A DNA stretch of 64,000 nt from Euprymna scolopes (lineage: Eukaryota), in NCBI GenBank assembly GCA_053919585.1, contig CM132796.1. One strand, written 5' to 3'. A model generated the notes under the pieces. The model had not been told where the DNA came from, did not search any database, and saw nothing but the letters and a program-made list of their open reading frames with translations. Of the stretch, positions 52,895 to 64,000 are shown in pieces; position 1 is the stretch's first letter; each line of letters opens with the position of its first letter. The position numbers were made by a program, and so were the translations under genes.

Positions 52895-53120
52895 TCAACT
52901 TGATAAACACTACATTACATATAATTCCTATATAAAATTAATATAAACTACATTAAATGTCATTCCTACATCAACTGATTATAAACTACATTAAATATCC
53001 GCCCCACATCATTAAATTTCATTCCTACATCAAATTAATGTAAACTATATTAAATATCATTCCTACATCAAATTAATACAAACTACATTAAATATTCTTA
53101 CATCAACTTAATATAAGCTA
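52895..53120. repeat. Degenerate ~37-bp minisatellite
   Basis: Recurring aaactacattaaatatcattcctacatcaa five to six times. Confidence 0.75.
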
Positions 53121-53529
53121 TCTACCTGGAGACAAAAAAAATTATAAACTTTTCTTTTGTAATATTGAAACGACTTGTAAACTCGCCAAGATACCATAAT
53201 TCACACGGTATTCACTTTGCGACTGACTAGAAGATTTCCATCAAATATACTGAACAAACCAAAAAAGTTAACGCGTGGCTTTCAAGCGATGCGAATTCCC
53301 CAGCAGTGGAATAATTCCTCTCAGTTGGAGAGAAATAGAGTCGCTCAACATTAACATTCTCGTTGTGAGTAGCCATAGGCCTAGTTATTTACCACATATA
53401 TTGAAAACATAGATACGTTCTTTTAAAAATATTTTTAATTCTTAATTTTCAAATCATGTGCTGAATAGCAGGATTTGTTGATTTTCTTGTTAAGTACAGT
53501 TCCTCTGAATATATGAGCCATGCATTGAT

Positions 53530-55120
53530 GATCTTTTCTCTGTTCCTAAACTTAAACGTAGATTCCATGAACAAAGCTTTTTCTTAGAACTGCACACCTG
53601 TAGAACTCTCTTCCGTTTCCCTGCTTTCCAGCTGACTACAACATGGTCGTCTTCAGGTCCAACGTAAACAAGTTCTTGATGAGCTGTCCCCTTTAGTACG
53701 AGGAGCGTGCAGTATATAATGCCCCTGACCCACTTCCCATAGTAGTGGAGAAACGAAACTTGGCACATTTATTAGTCTTTCTCTACATAAAAACCGCCCA
53801 GAGTTATCCATTTCTCCCATCGTTTGATGCAGCTTTGGAGACCGTTTTTGTAGAACACCCCACGTTGGTTCTCCAACCACGACGTGATTTCAGAAATCAA
53901 GGCTGCATTATCTGGGAAACGCTTTCCTTTCAAAAACAACTTCATGGCTGGGAAGAGGTGAAAGTCAGAGGGTGCAAGGTCAGAAGAGTAGGGAGGATGA
54001 GGAAGGATTTCATAACTACACGCCTGTGATTCTGATCTGTCGACATGTGAGTTGTGGAGCGGGGCATTGTCCTGCAGGAGGAGGGTACCTTTGCTGATCT
54101 TGCCCCGCCTCTTGATTTTGATAGCTTCCCTTAATTTCCTCAAAAGTGAAGCATAATAGGCTCCTGTAATTGTGGTACTCTTTTCCAGGAAATCTGTCAT
54201 TACTACTCCGTCCTGGTCCCAGAAGACTGTGAGCATGACCTTGCCAGCGGAGGGATGCAACCTTGCCTTCTTTGGAGGTGGTGAGTCCAAGTGCTTCCAC
54301 TGCATTGACTGGGTTTTGATCTCTAGGTCATAGTGATGGATCCAGGTTTCATCCTGTGTAATCAGTCTTTTGAAAAACTTTGACTAATCTTCTTGGCACA
54401 TCTCCAAATTCATCCTCGAGCACTCGACGCGTTCTCGGTTCTGGAATGGTGTTAGCAACCTGGGAATCCATCTAGCAGACACCATATGCAAATGGTCATG
54501 AATGATAGTTTCCACAGACCCTGTATTAATTTTGACATCTTGTGCTATTTAGCGAATAGTAATGCGGCGATCTTCCAAAATGGCAGCCTCAACTTGACAG
54601 ACAGATGACTCATGAATGGCAGAAGAGGGGCGACTAGGTCTGGGAGCCGTTTCCACAGACTTCCGGCCATGTTTGAATTCACGATGCCAGCGTTTTACAA
54701 GGCCATATGAGTGGGCATTATCACAATAAATTTCTTTCATTTCATCAAATGTCTCCTGTGGTATGCGTCCTTTCAAATACAAAAACCGGATCACTGCTCA
54801 ACATTCAACAGGCTCCATTTCACACCTGACTCAGTTCAAACACCTGTAAAACAGAAACCACAATTAGTTCAGAGCTGTAATTTTCCACATAGCCTGTAGA
54901 GATATAAGTCATTGCACATGCAAAGGTTTCAGCTAGATCAGACAACTGGAAGTGGGTCAGGGGCATTACTTATTGCACGCCCCTTTTAATCCAATTTTCC
55001 AAATTTTAAACCACTAAAGATTACTACGGTATTGTCACATTGACTATTGTACACTCATTAACCTTTATCCTCGAGTGGCCTGGTTTTTATAAGTGACGAC
55101 TTTTTTGTAAAATAAAAAAA
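53530..55120 (+). mobile_element. 3' end of LINE family 1, split by a mariner (LINE pieces 53530-53698 and 54987-55120)
   Basis: Joining cccctttagTA and TAatccaat restores the ccccttaagtaatccaat seen at ~12913-12930. Confidence 0.85.
53699..54986 (-). mobile_element. Full-length (1288 bp) inactive mariner, DD34D transposase pseudogene 54818..53772
   Basis: ~39-bp imperfect TIRs, TA at 53697-98 and 54987-88. Motifs ARWIPR, TQDETW, QDNAP, HPPYSSDLAPSD with 34-residue spacing. At least three in-frame stops. Confidence 0.95.
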
Positions 55121-55222
55121 ACGTATCATGCAAATCATAATGTCATCGCTTAAGAGATGAGCCTTTACTGTCAACAAGAACAGATATACGCACATTTTAA
55201 GTGGTTCTTTTGCAGACAAATT

Positions 55223-55340
55223 ATTCGACATAATCATGTTGACACACCGGTTCCCGTTAGACAACAAAAGTTAAGCGACATTGATCCTGGTTAGTATTAA
55301 AATGGGTGATCATTCGAAAATACCAGATACCATATATGCT
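55223..55340 (+). pseudogene. 5S rRNA pseudogene / SINE3-like head
   Basis: catgttgacacaccggttcccgtt...aagttaagcgac...ctggttagta...atgggtgatc...aatacc follows 5S rRNA. Confidence 0.7.
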
Positions 55341-56036
55341 CTCCACTTGTCTCGGCACTGTTTCGTTTGTCCTGTTTCTTTCCCTGTCACTGGAATCAAG
55401 CAGCCGATTCAGGCAAGGTTCGGTTGTGATTCCGCAATCTTTGCTTTACAATTACGTGCGCAGCTGTTCTCACTGGGAGTATCCATTGTCTCGGAAGATT
55501 TGAAGTCGGTTACAATGGTAATATCATCAGTGTAAGCCCAGATATTGACCTCTTCATTAATGACCTCTTCATTAATTAGATCGCTCTGCAACCCTTCATT
55601 TATGTACGCTTATATTTTAATACAAGAAAGGCAATAATTTTGAAAAAATAAACATGAAAACGACAGAAAATTCCATTGGATATTATATCACCGAAGCATT
55701 GTTGCACTAGACGGCATAGTGCCAGGGTCTTTTATGGAAAAGCTCATAATTTCTCTTTATAAAGAGGACTTTTGCCAGGCTTTCAAAAATGTTATGGGGG
55801 CAATTTGATGTGCAATCAGATATGACAGCAGCTCTTAAAATTGTTTGTTTGAAGATTGCATGTGTACTTACACCCAAACTTGTTTTTCTTAATAAACTGA
55901 TATTTTGGAAGTTTGTTCGTTTAATTGTTTTTTATAAATTTTATTTTAACAAAAAAAATCACGGGATGAATTGACTCGCATTTTTTAAGAGATGATAGCA
56001 ATTGAATACTTATAAAATAATAGGATTTTTAGCTTC

Positions 56037-56072
56037 TTAATTCTGACAGTAACTATGTATATATAACAGATG

Positions 56073-56120
<48 letters not shown>

Positions 56121-56160
56121 TGTCATTCTTAATTCTGACAGTAACTATGTATATATAACA

Positions 56161-56210
<50 letters not shown>

Positions 56211-56238
56211 TGTTATATATACATAGTAACTGTCAGAA

Positions 56239-56292
<54 letters not shown>
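56037..56292. repeat. Direct-plus-inverted triplication of a ~36-bp unit around (TA)n
   Basis: ttaattctgacagtaactatgtatatataacagatg occurs twice forward and once reversed, separated by TA runs. Confidence 0.8.
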
Positions 56293-56294
<2 letters not shown>

Positions 56295-56689
56295 ATATGA
56301 CCCGTTTGTAGATTAATCTCTTTATGATAACGTATATATTGTAAATAAATAGTATCATTCAAACACTGCCGTGTTTGAATATATGGTTAAGTGGCAGTTT
56401 TATTCATTTAGAACTTCTTTAAAGCTCCACCGCTCACTCATTTTTCGACCAAATTTCAAACAAATATCATAGATTACCTTCTCAGCTATATTGTGAAAAT
56501 ATTTTTTTTTAATTTTCGTTTAGTAAAACAAAAGTTATGATGAATTTACTGGTGTTCAAAATCGTAAAAAAAAAACAAGTAAGGAGGTGAGCGACGTTTT
56601 TAATGACTGGTTTCCATAGCAACCACGCCGCTTCAGCAACTACTGTTGCTACCAATTCACCGCTCGCGCGAAAAGAAAAAAAAACAAGT

Positions 56690-57395
56690 GGTACAATGAG
56701 TTTCGAAGCTTCTACGAGGCGAAACCCTTCTAATGAATATAAGACCTTTAGAACATAGAAGGAACGGAGGGGAGGATATAAGGTGTAGCTAAAATATATA
56801 GAAAAGTATTTAAGAATAGCCGGGGCGGTGGACGAAGAAAAATGTCCGGTAGCTCTTTTAACAATAACAGGTCAGGTCGGTAAATCTATAAATAGACTAA
56901 CGATTAGCAATGGAAATGTTACATGGTTAGAATTAAAACGGTCCTTAGAAGACTATTATGGGATTGTCGCAAATCCTAAAGACTATATAGTACAATGGTA
57001 GAGCAGAAGGAATACAAGATTATATACAGAGAAAAGTAAGACTAGCAGAAGAGGCATATAGTGCAATACAGGTAACGCATTTGTTCAAAAACAAATTCTA
57101 TGATTTTTATAGAAAGCCTCAGAGATAAAGAGGTAAAAATGCCTATGAGGACGGGCGAACCTCCGTAACTTCAAGCAACATATTAGAAAGCCTTAGCAGA
57201 AGCTAGATAGAAGATTCGGCTTGACGTAAACCCTGATTATCAAGACAAACTTATGGAGGTTTGTCACACTAGACGGCAAATTCAAGTTGAAGCCGTGAGT
57301 TTTGTGTTGTTATCATAAAAGGGGACCGTTGTGTGATCGTCTAATGTTCTGTCTATTTGTGGTATATTCATATTTAATTGTCCATATTCTTTTGG

Positions 57396-57441
<46 letters not shown>

Positions 57442-58560
57442 TACATTTATTTTTGACATACCCAAGACGATGATTGGTTTTATTCACCTTCCAGATGTCG
57501 ATCCCAGAAGAATGGAAGGTGAATGTCTTTGCTTGCTTGGTTCTTATTTGCACACACGTCAGCGCCCCCCTCTGTGAAGGGGAGGGGATGACCTGTTAAG
57601 CCGTCTGTTCTTCTTTACGTCCAAACCCAAACTCACTGACTCCAGCTAATCTGATCATGTAACTCACACGCAGATCCGATCAGCTGGCCGTCACTTCCGG
57701 CAAAACATGTCTACAATATGATTTAACATATTTCTTTCTTATTTTCGATCTTTTTCCTAACATGGGTTCAGCCAGTTTCCCAAAATACGACGATAGACGG
57801 AAAAGAGGCAATCGAGTAGAAAATAGGGGCCTAGTATATAAGACTAGGCAGAAGAAAAGAGATAGGCAGATTATAAGGTATTTCCATTGTACATATGGAG
57901 AAAATGTAAACGACAAATCCAGCGACGAACGGAACAAGACGTTATTGACGTACGTAATCGGTAACATGGGCGCAACAAATTCCATTACGATTAGGTTAGA
58001 AGGAAGAAATTATCGAGCTGTAGTGGATACATGAGCAAAGCATTTTGTCATAAATAGTAGTGTTTTCAATGCATTTAGACAGGAACCTGAACTAAGAAAA
58101 AGTAGTGAATTTAAGGACAGCGAATGGGTTTCCATTAAATGTGGAAGGTCTCTCCCGATTAAGTATAGGAATAGGAAGCCAGTCCACACAGCATGAATTC
58201 TTTATCGTGAAGAATCTCACCAGAAGTGTAATACTAGATTGTGATTGGCTTAGGCAAAATGGAGTAAGAATGTACTTTGATTTAGGAGATTTTATTTGAT
58301 TTGAAGAAATGAATATATAGCGTTAGAGGAAGATGCTCATATTTCAACAATAGTTCGACTGGCCAAGAAAATAACGTTAAAACCCCAGCGTCTACATATA
58401 TTCAATGCTCATGCGGAACGGTCAAAAATTGGAATATGAGATAGAGCAAATAAGTAGCGGATTTGTTAGTAATCTTAGTTGTATTTCAGTGGCTAATATG
58501 GTGGGAAAAATTAACAGGTTTGGTAAGTTTCGCTGCTCATAACGAATAATACCAATCATG
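56690..58560 (+). mobile_element. Decayed Ty3/Gypsy gag-protease region
   Basis: RAVVDT*A (DTG active site mutated to a stop, ~58015-58037), then LRTANG.PLNVEG...FFIVKNL..SVILDCDWL. Confidence 0.7.
57308..57762. mobile_element. Possible solo LTR inserted in the Gypsy relic
   Basis: TGTTA...TAACA termini, flanks tgtgt / tgggt (one mismatch). Confidence 0.4.
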
Positions 58561-59323
58561 CGATAAATCATATTCTAATTATGATTTACTATGTAAATCA
58601 CAAAAAAAAAATGCAAACAAAAAAAAATGGTTTCCTGAAAAAAAAAGAAATAAATAAAATAACCACTTGATCAAATTACGTAACTTTTTGGAATATGATG
58701 TTTTAGTTCCGTGTCGAGTATGTACATTGTACATCGTAAAGATTTTTCTTAATTTTTCTTCTTCTTCTTCTTCTTCTTCTTGTTGTTTATTGCGTTGAAC
58801 CTTGGATTTTCACAACAAATATTATAATTGCAACAGAGGAATTGTAAAAATGTAATGTTGTTAATATTTATGCTTAGTAAGATGACAAGTGTTGAAAGTG
58901 TCTACACAAAAGCTTGCGAAAGAAAATTTAATATAAATTGTATTTTTTAATCAATTATTCGTATAAGTTGCTAACAGAAAGACGAAAAAGTATAAGAAAT
59001 TTTTAGTCCTGTTACATAAAAAAATATGATTTTAAGCCTTAAACGCTCGATCGCTTTCCATCTCTCTCTTTTTCTCTCTCTCTCTCTCTTTCTTTCTCTC
59101 TCTCTTTCTTTCTCTCTCTCTCTCGAACAGGCAATTTATAGCTTTGCTACTACTACTACTACTACTACTACTACTAATAGTACTGTCATTATTCCTACTA
59201 CAATCAAGTTGTATTAACACTGTACAACGACGATGAGGCTGATGCTGCTACTGCTTCCAAGACTGATTCCGTTTTCCAGCCGACAGAGGGAGAGGGTAAC
59301 GAAACAAAGAGAGAAAACAGCCT

Positions 59324-59368
<45 letters not shown>

Positions 59369-59507
59369 TTCTCTGCATTATTATGTTTTATTTTTTACAA
59401 GTATAGAAAGTGTCTACACAAAAGCTTGTGAAATAAATTTCTATATAAATTGTATTTTTATCAAATGAAAAGAGAACAAAAAAGTGACTGTTAAACCGTC
59501 CTCTTGT

Positions 59508-60204
59508 CGATACAACATCCTTTTATCTGTTAGCATACTAAATTCACCACCACAAGCAACTTTCCTGATTGGCGAACCTTTATAATTGATTTTGACAGGA
59601 GTTAACACGCAAGTACTCTAGTGCCCAGTGCCAAGTTGCCTTATTTTATTGTCACCACACGTGAATACTTTGTCCTTTTCAGTTATGAAAAGAGTATGAT
59701 TTTTCTCACAAGCAGCATCGATGCTTCGTCTGAGAGGCCTTCCACGGGAATTGGGAGGTCTTTGCGGACAGTACCCCCATGACCCATCTGATCTTTTTCA
59801 TTGCGTCCACAAGTAATAACTTTTCCTTCAGCAGTAATTATCACACTGTCACATGCTACATAATCAGATACGTACTCATCTCGCACAAGTTGGATATACG
59901 ATGAGGACCCCATAGGTTACAGTCACCAATGTTTTTTACTCCTTTAGGGAGATGGCTCCGTCCCGTCATACACCAATTAGCCCCACCAGAGATCAACACT
60001 TCTCCATTTACAAGCGAACCTTCTAACGTTATGTCAAGCTGTTCTTCATCCGATTCCACGGATTCGGTGAGTCCAAAATCGATATGTTCTCCATTCTTCT
60101 GCCTTCGTCTCTTCAACTGCTTAATTGTGGCTTCATTGTCACCAAATCATCAGCATCACAATAAAAAAAATGTCCTTTTGCTTCGTTTAATCTCTTGGTG
60201 ACAA
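59508..60204 (-). pseudogene. RCC2: Intronless, frameshifted RCC2 (TD-60) pseudogene fragment, N-terminal part only
   Basis: Across frames: LISGGANW..TGR, NLWGPHR, IITAEGKV..GRNEK.QMGHG, AACEKNHTL, GDNK..QLG.G, YKGSPIRKVACGGEFSM. Colinear with RCC2 as I recall it, no introns. Confidence 0.85.
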
Positions 60205-60799
60205 CTTTAAGAGAAATCCAGGTGCTTCCCTCAGCTTCTTAAAAACAAAAGTTGGTTAATTAATATTAATTAACATGTGAGGAGAAAAAACAAGAAAAAA
60301 CGTAGGTCGTTAATCTGTCTGCCCTTGTTAAAGTCACTTAAAAATAAAGTAAAATAAAAACGCCGAAATACTATAATAAAATGAAAAGGGAACAAAACAA
60401 ATAACATTGTTACAATGTCCTCCTGTCGATACGACTACGAAAGTCTTTTTTTTCTTCTTTCTCTTCTCAAACTGCAACAACTACTCTTGTGTTCAATATC
60501 ATCTTGCACCGTTCGTTCTCGGTCTCGGCTGTCCAACAAAAAAACAAAACTCAACCCTCATGCTTTAGAATCCGTCTTTTTTAACAGTTAACTATTGTGT
60601 ACATAAGAAAATTAGTGGAATACGTTCACCAATTAGCAACCTACAGAATTATGCTTATCTTTTCTACATTTTCTGCTGTCATTTTACAGGCTAAGCAAAC
60701 TCGAGGTCGTTAGAGATAGTGATGATTTCTATTACTTTTTTTTAAATAAATTATTCTTATAAATTACTACCAGAAAGACGGAAATCTATAAACATAGTG

Positions 60800-61075
60800 T
60801 TGGTTGGTTGGTTTTGTTTACGGCATATCAACCCTGTTCAGGTTATTTAATGCCGAATCCAAAGATTTTTAAGAAAATTTTTTTGATAGGATATATTTGT
60901 TGTTTTCAAGTCAATTTCTATTTAACGCATGGTTGGAACCCTAACAGGTACTACCACTCCGGGTCAGAGTGGACCTGGGAGCAATGGCAAATAAAGGGTG
61001 GCTTCACACTCCCCAAATCCCGCAAGCTGGGGCCTCACGACTGGATATAGTTTAAGGTCATATCCAGGACCAAAC
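60800..61075. repeat. Probable SINE-like interspersed repeat fragment
   Basis: accactccgggtcagagtggacctgggagcaatggcaa segment that I recall as an abundant cephalopod repeat. No second copy in this window. Confidence 0.35.
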
Positions 61076-61078
61076 ATA

Positions 61079-61137
<59 letters not shown>

Positions 61138-62349
61138 GATATTTTCGTTACGCACATCAACAACATTCTTCTGTATTTTTTTAATAAAAGTGTTTTTGTA
61201 AAATTATGACATAATAACATATAAAAGTCAAAATAAAAAAAGGTAAAAGGAAATGGTGAAAATCGAAACCGCGGCACTGATATTAGTAGCCGGTCATGCT
61301 ATACACTGAACCAAAGCGACAACCGGTTTAGAAATGTTGTCCAATATTAGACCATGATGTTTACATGGATTTAGAAAAGAGATTTTACACTTTAATACAA
61401 TAATATTTCTGGCGTTGTTTATTTAAAGAAGTAAACGAATACATCGGTAAATGTTATCCCTGCCAAAGGAGAAATTTGAAAGCAACAATCCCAATGTTCA
61501 TGTTGTAGTTGGCTGTATCGTTTGTGCTTCATAGACGCGCAGTTTTCAAAATGAAAACATTTTCTTATGGAAGTTTCATTTAGCTCTGGTAATGCAGAGG
61601 AATTTTTTTTTACAGCGCTTGTAGCTAGATCAGTTTTTCTGTTAATATTTTATGGCGGGTCATAGATTAGAGGTAGGTCGAGCACCTACTATGAAAATAT
61701 ATTGGAGAAGAAAAAGATTAACAACATTTGTTCTGTGAGAAACAGGCGAGAAATTAAACATGGCGTCAGCTAAGCTGCGAGCATTATAATGAAAGATTGA
61801 GTATAACTTAAAAGAAGCGAGTTCTTATTAAAGTTGACTTTATCTTTTTGCCGCATTGCATACCTATTTATGAGCAATACTCAAAGTAAACTATCATAGT
61901 CTTAATTAAATATTTCAAAAGTACGACTGAGAGAAAAAAAAACAAGAGTTTGGACTTGAAAACGATCATGTTGTAATGTTTCTTAAATTTGATGATTCGT
62001 TTGTTTGTTTGTGTTTTGTCCCCCGACAAAAGGAGGATGTATCTGTAAATTCACCCATGTCCGTTTTCACCCCATCGAAATTGCCGAATCTGCTGTCAGC
62101 CACAGAATTACAGCTTAGTTCGCGATACCGATGAATCGATGCACGGTTCATATGAGGGAAGCCGCAGAAACTGTTTAAAAGTTCTAGCGCATATCCCTAA
62201 CCATAATTTCAGTCAACGCCATGTTCATTATGGCATTATCCCGAACATCTAAGTCTAGATTGAGGAAAAAATTCAAATCGATATTTTTTATGGAAATTGC
62301 TCCAGACAAGGCGTAAAACCGCTTGATGTAAGGAAATAACAAGGGCAAA

Positions 62350-62800
62350 AGACGATTGTCGAAAAGATAGCTGATGTATATTTACATTAGTCTTTAAAAG
62401 ACCAATGTGATATGTAGGTGAAAAACAGTCATCGGGAAGAGAGTCCCACAACCGTGCCGTTCTTGGAAGGAAGCTGCTGGAATAGGAATCATGTATTACA
62501 ATGAGGTATCAAAACAGCGAAGTGATGAAAACCACTACATCAACGAGTCAAACGAGCCGAAACAAAGAAAGCCGGGAGTAGTTCAGATAATTCTGAAGAA
62601 TACATGCCATAGTAGTATTTACAGAAAAGACTGAGACTAGTAGTCTCACATCTTAGAGAAAGGTTACAGGGTAAAAAGAAAGATTTATTACCAATTTCAT
62701 TTTCTTTTGCGGGGCGCAATCATGTTCTGCTGGGCCGAGAACAAAAGCAATGATATTCTACATGAAGATAGCCAAACCAAATACTATGAGTTGATATTTG
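62350..62800 (-). mobile_element. Decayed CR1-like LINE 3' fragment
   Basis: Minus strand SFLPRTARLWDSLPDDCF..YH...LKTNVN and SLFCKYYYG..SSELS. Confidence 0.65.
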
Positions 62801-62822
62801 AAGAAAGTTAAGCATAATAGGC

Positions 62823-63068
62823 TTGCCTTTTTTTCTGTTGTTCTTGGCCTTCGGGCCGGGATCAAAGTGTAGCATCTGTTCTTCAGATGCTGCACTTAAG
62901 ATAATTTGTACCAGTCAATGGAGGGGAAACCCCTCTATACTGGGACAATTATTATTTTTGGTAACTAGAGTGGCTCCTTTTTGCCTACTTTTAGGAGAGC
63001 TGGTTGTTACCCCACATTAAAAACGGCCTTGTGGCTAATTTGCTTTGGTGGGGAAGCAAATAAATACA
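62823..63068 (+). mobile_element. Single full-length U2-headed SINE copy (246 bp) with TSD
   Basis: Nearly identical to unit 8268-8507. Flanked by ttaagcataataggc (62808-62822) and ttaagcataaaggc (63069-63082). Confidence 0.88.
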
Positions 63069-63202
63069 TTAAGCATAAAGGCGTCCTCCAAAATGAAAAT
63101 ATTCGGCATAAATTAACAGAAAGAGGTTGATATGATGTGGACCAACACCTAAATTAACTAAATTTCTCTGTCTCTCGTTCTCTCTCTCATTCTCTTCCCC
63201 CC

Positions 63203-63256
<54 letters not shown>

Positions 63257-64000
63257 CCCTCTTTATTTCTGGTTTGCGTACAAACATAAAGACGGTAAGT
63301 ATTAATATAACATGATAGCGGTCGCTTGCATTAATGTACAGTTACTTAAATAAGAATCTATAATCATAGTTCCTCGATTAAAACTTTGGCGTTTTATTTG
63401 ACTTCTACTAAAGGGCATTATAGTGTTAGGTCTCTCTTACTTGATTCAATAGCGGACGATTATATTGAATGAAATAGTTGCCTTCATAAAGTATTTTTCT
63501 TGTATGGACAAAGACAAAAAATCCTCTTTCAGGTAATTGACATTGGTAGACTTATTTTCTATGCTACATTATTTGGTCATCAATTGGTCCGGTAATGGCA
63601 TTCAAACAGAACAGGAAAAGACGAAATGGATTTTCCGTTTCGAATAATATCAAGTGGTAAAAGAAATGACAGTGGAATCACATATGGAATATTCATGTCG
63701 TCATTCCTATGTGTATATATCTGTCTGGACGGCATAGAAACAATCTAAACCATTACATACTGAGAAACGCAAGAGCAACACAAAGATCTCTATCCCGCCA
63801 TTAATTCTGGCAGACAAATCCAACGTCGGTCTATTTGATCAGTTTCTGCATAAGCATTCTCTATTTGATACTCATGACCCTAAAATCTTGTTTCCTCTTT
63901 TTAGTATGATAATAACACAGCAATAAATAACTGTAATGATTCCTTCTTCTTTCTATGCAGTTGAAAGTGTTAAATATTTAGCAAGCAAAACTCACTGGTA

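Noticed and set aside
55409-55591. RT fragment from WAYTDDITIV
   Set aside because: A single short motif with no other RT motifs nearby.
59508-60204. Functional RCC2 exon(s)
   Set aside because: Multiple frameshifts and substitutions at conserved Gly/His positions.
63116-63127. aacagaaagagg near the SINE, complementary to its leader (as is the TSD at 8000-8012)
   Set aside because: Short purine-rich match outside the TSD. Two cases are not enough to claim pairing-guided targeting.

Overview
AT-rich eukaryotic (invertebrate) DNA made almost entirely of transposon remnants, (TA)n/(GA)n microsatellites and seven short N gaps. The repeat content reminds me of coleoid cephalopod genomes, but that is inference. 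I found no intact host protein-coding gene. Recognisable parts: decayed CR1/Jockey-group LINE copies; Penelope-like elements (PLEs), including an RT+GIY-YIG copy and a Naiad-type copy, both with inverted pseudo-LTRs; Tc1/mariner elements (full-length dead DD41D and DD34D copies, a deleted mariner, a MITE); a Gypsy gag-protease relic; probable solo LTRs; Helitron-like pieces; three 5S rRNA-derived heads; and an intronless RCC2 pseudogene fragment. Two systems stand out. (1) A structured SINE-like family with a U2 snRNA-derived head, flanked by target-site duplications, present as dispersed copies and as a five-unit array whose internal junctions fall at the U2 ATCTGTTC site. (2) Fold-back PLE-related elements carrying hammerhead ribozyme cores and a shared GCTC..ATTGAGCACT 3' motif, concentrated in (TA)n tracts. 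All coordinates and alignments were read by eye.
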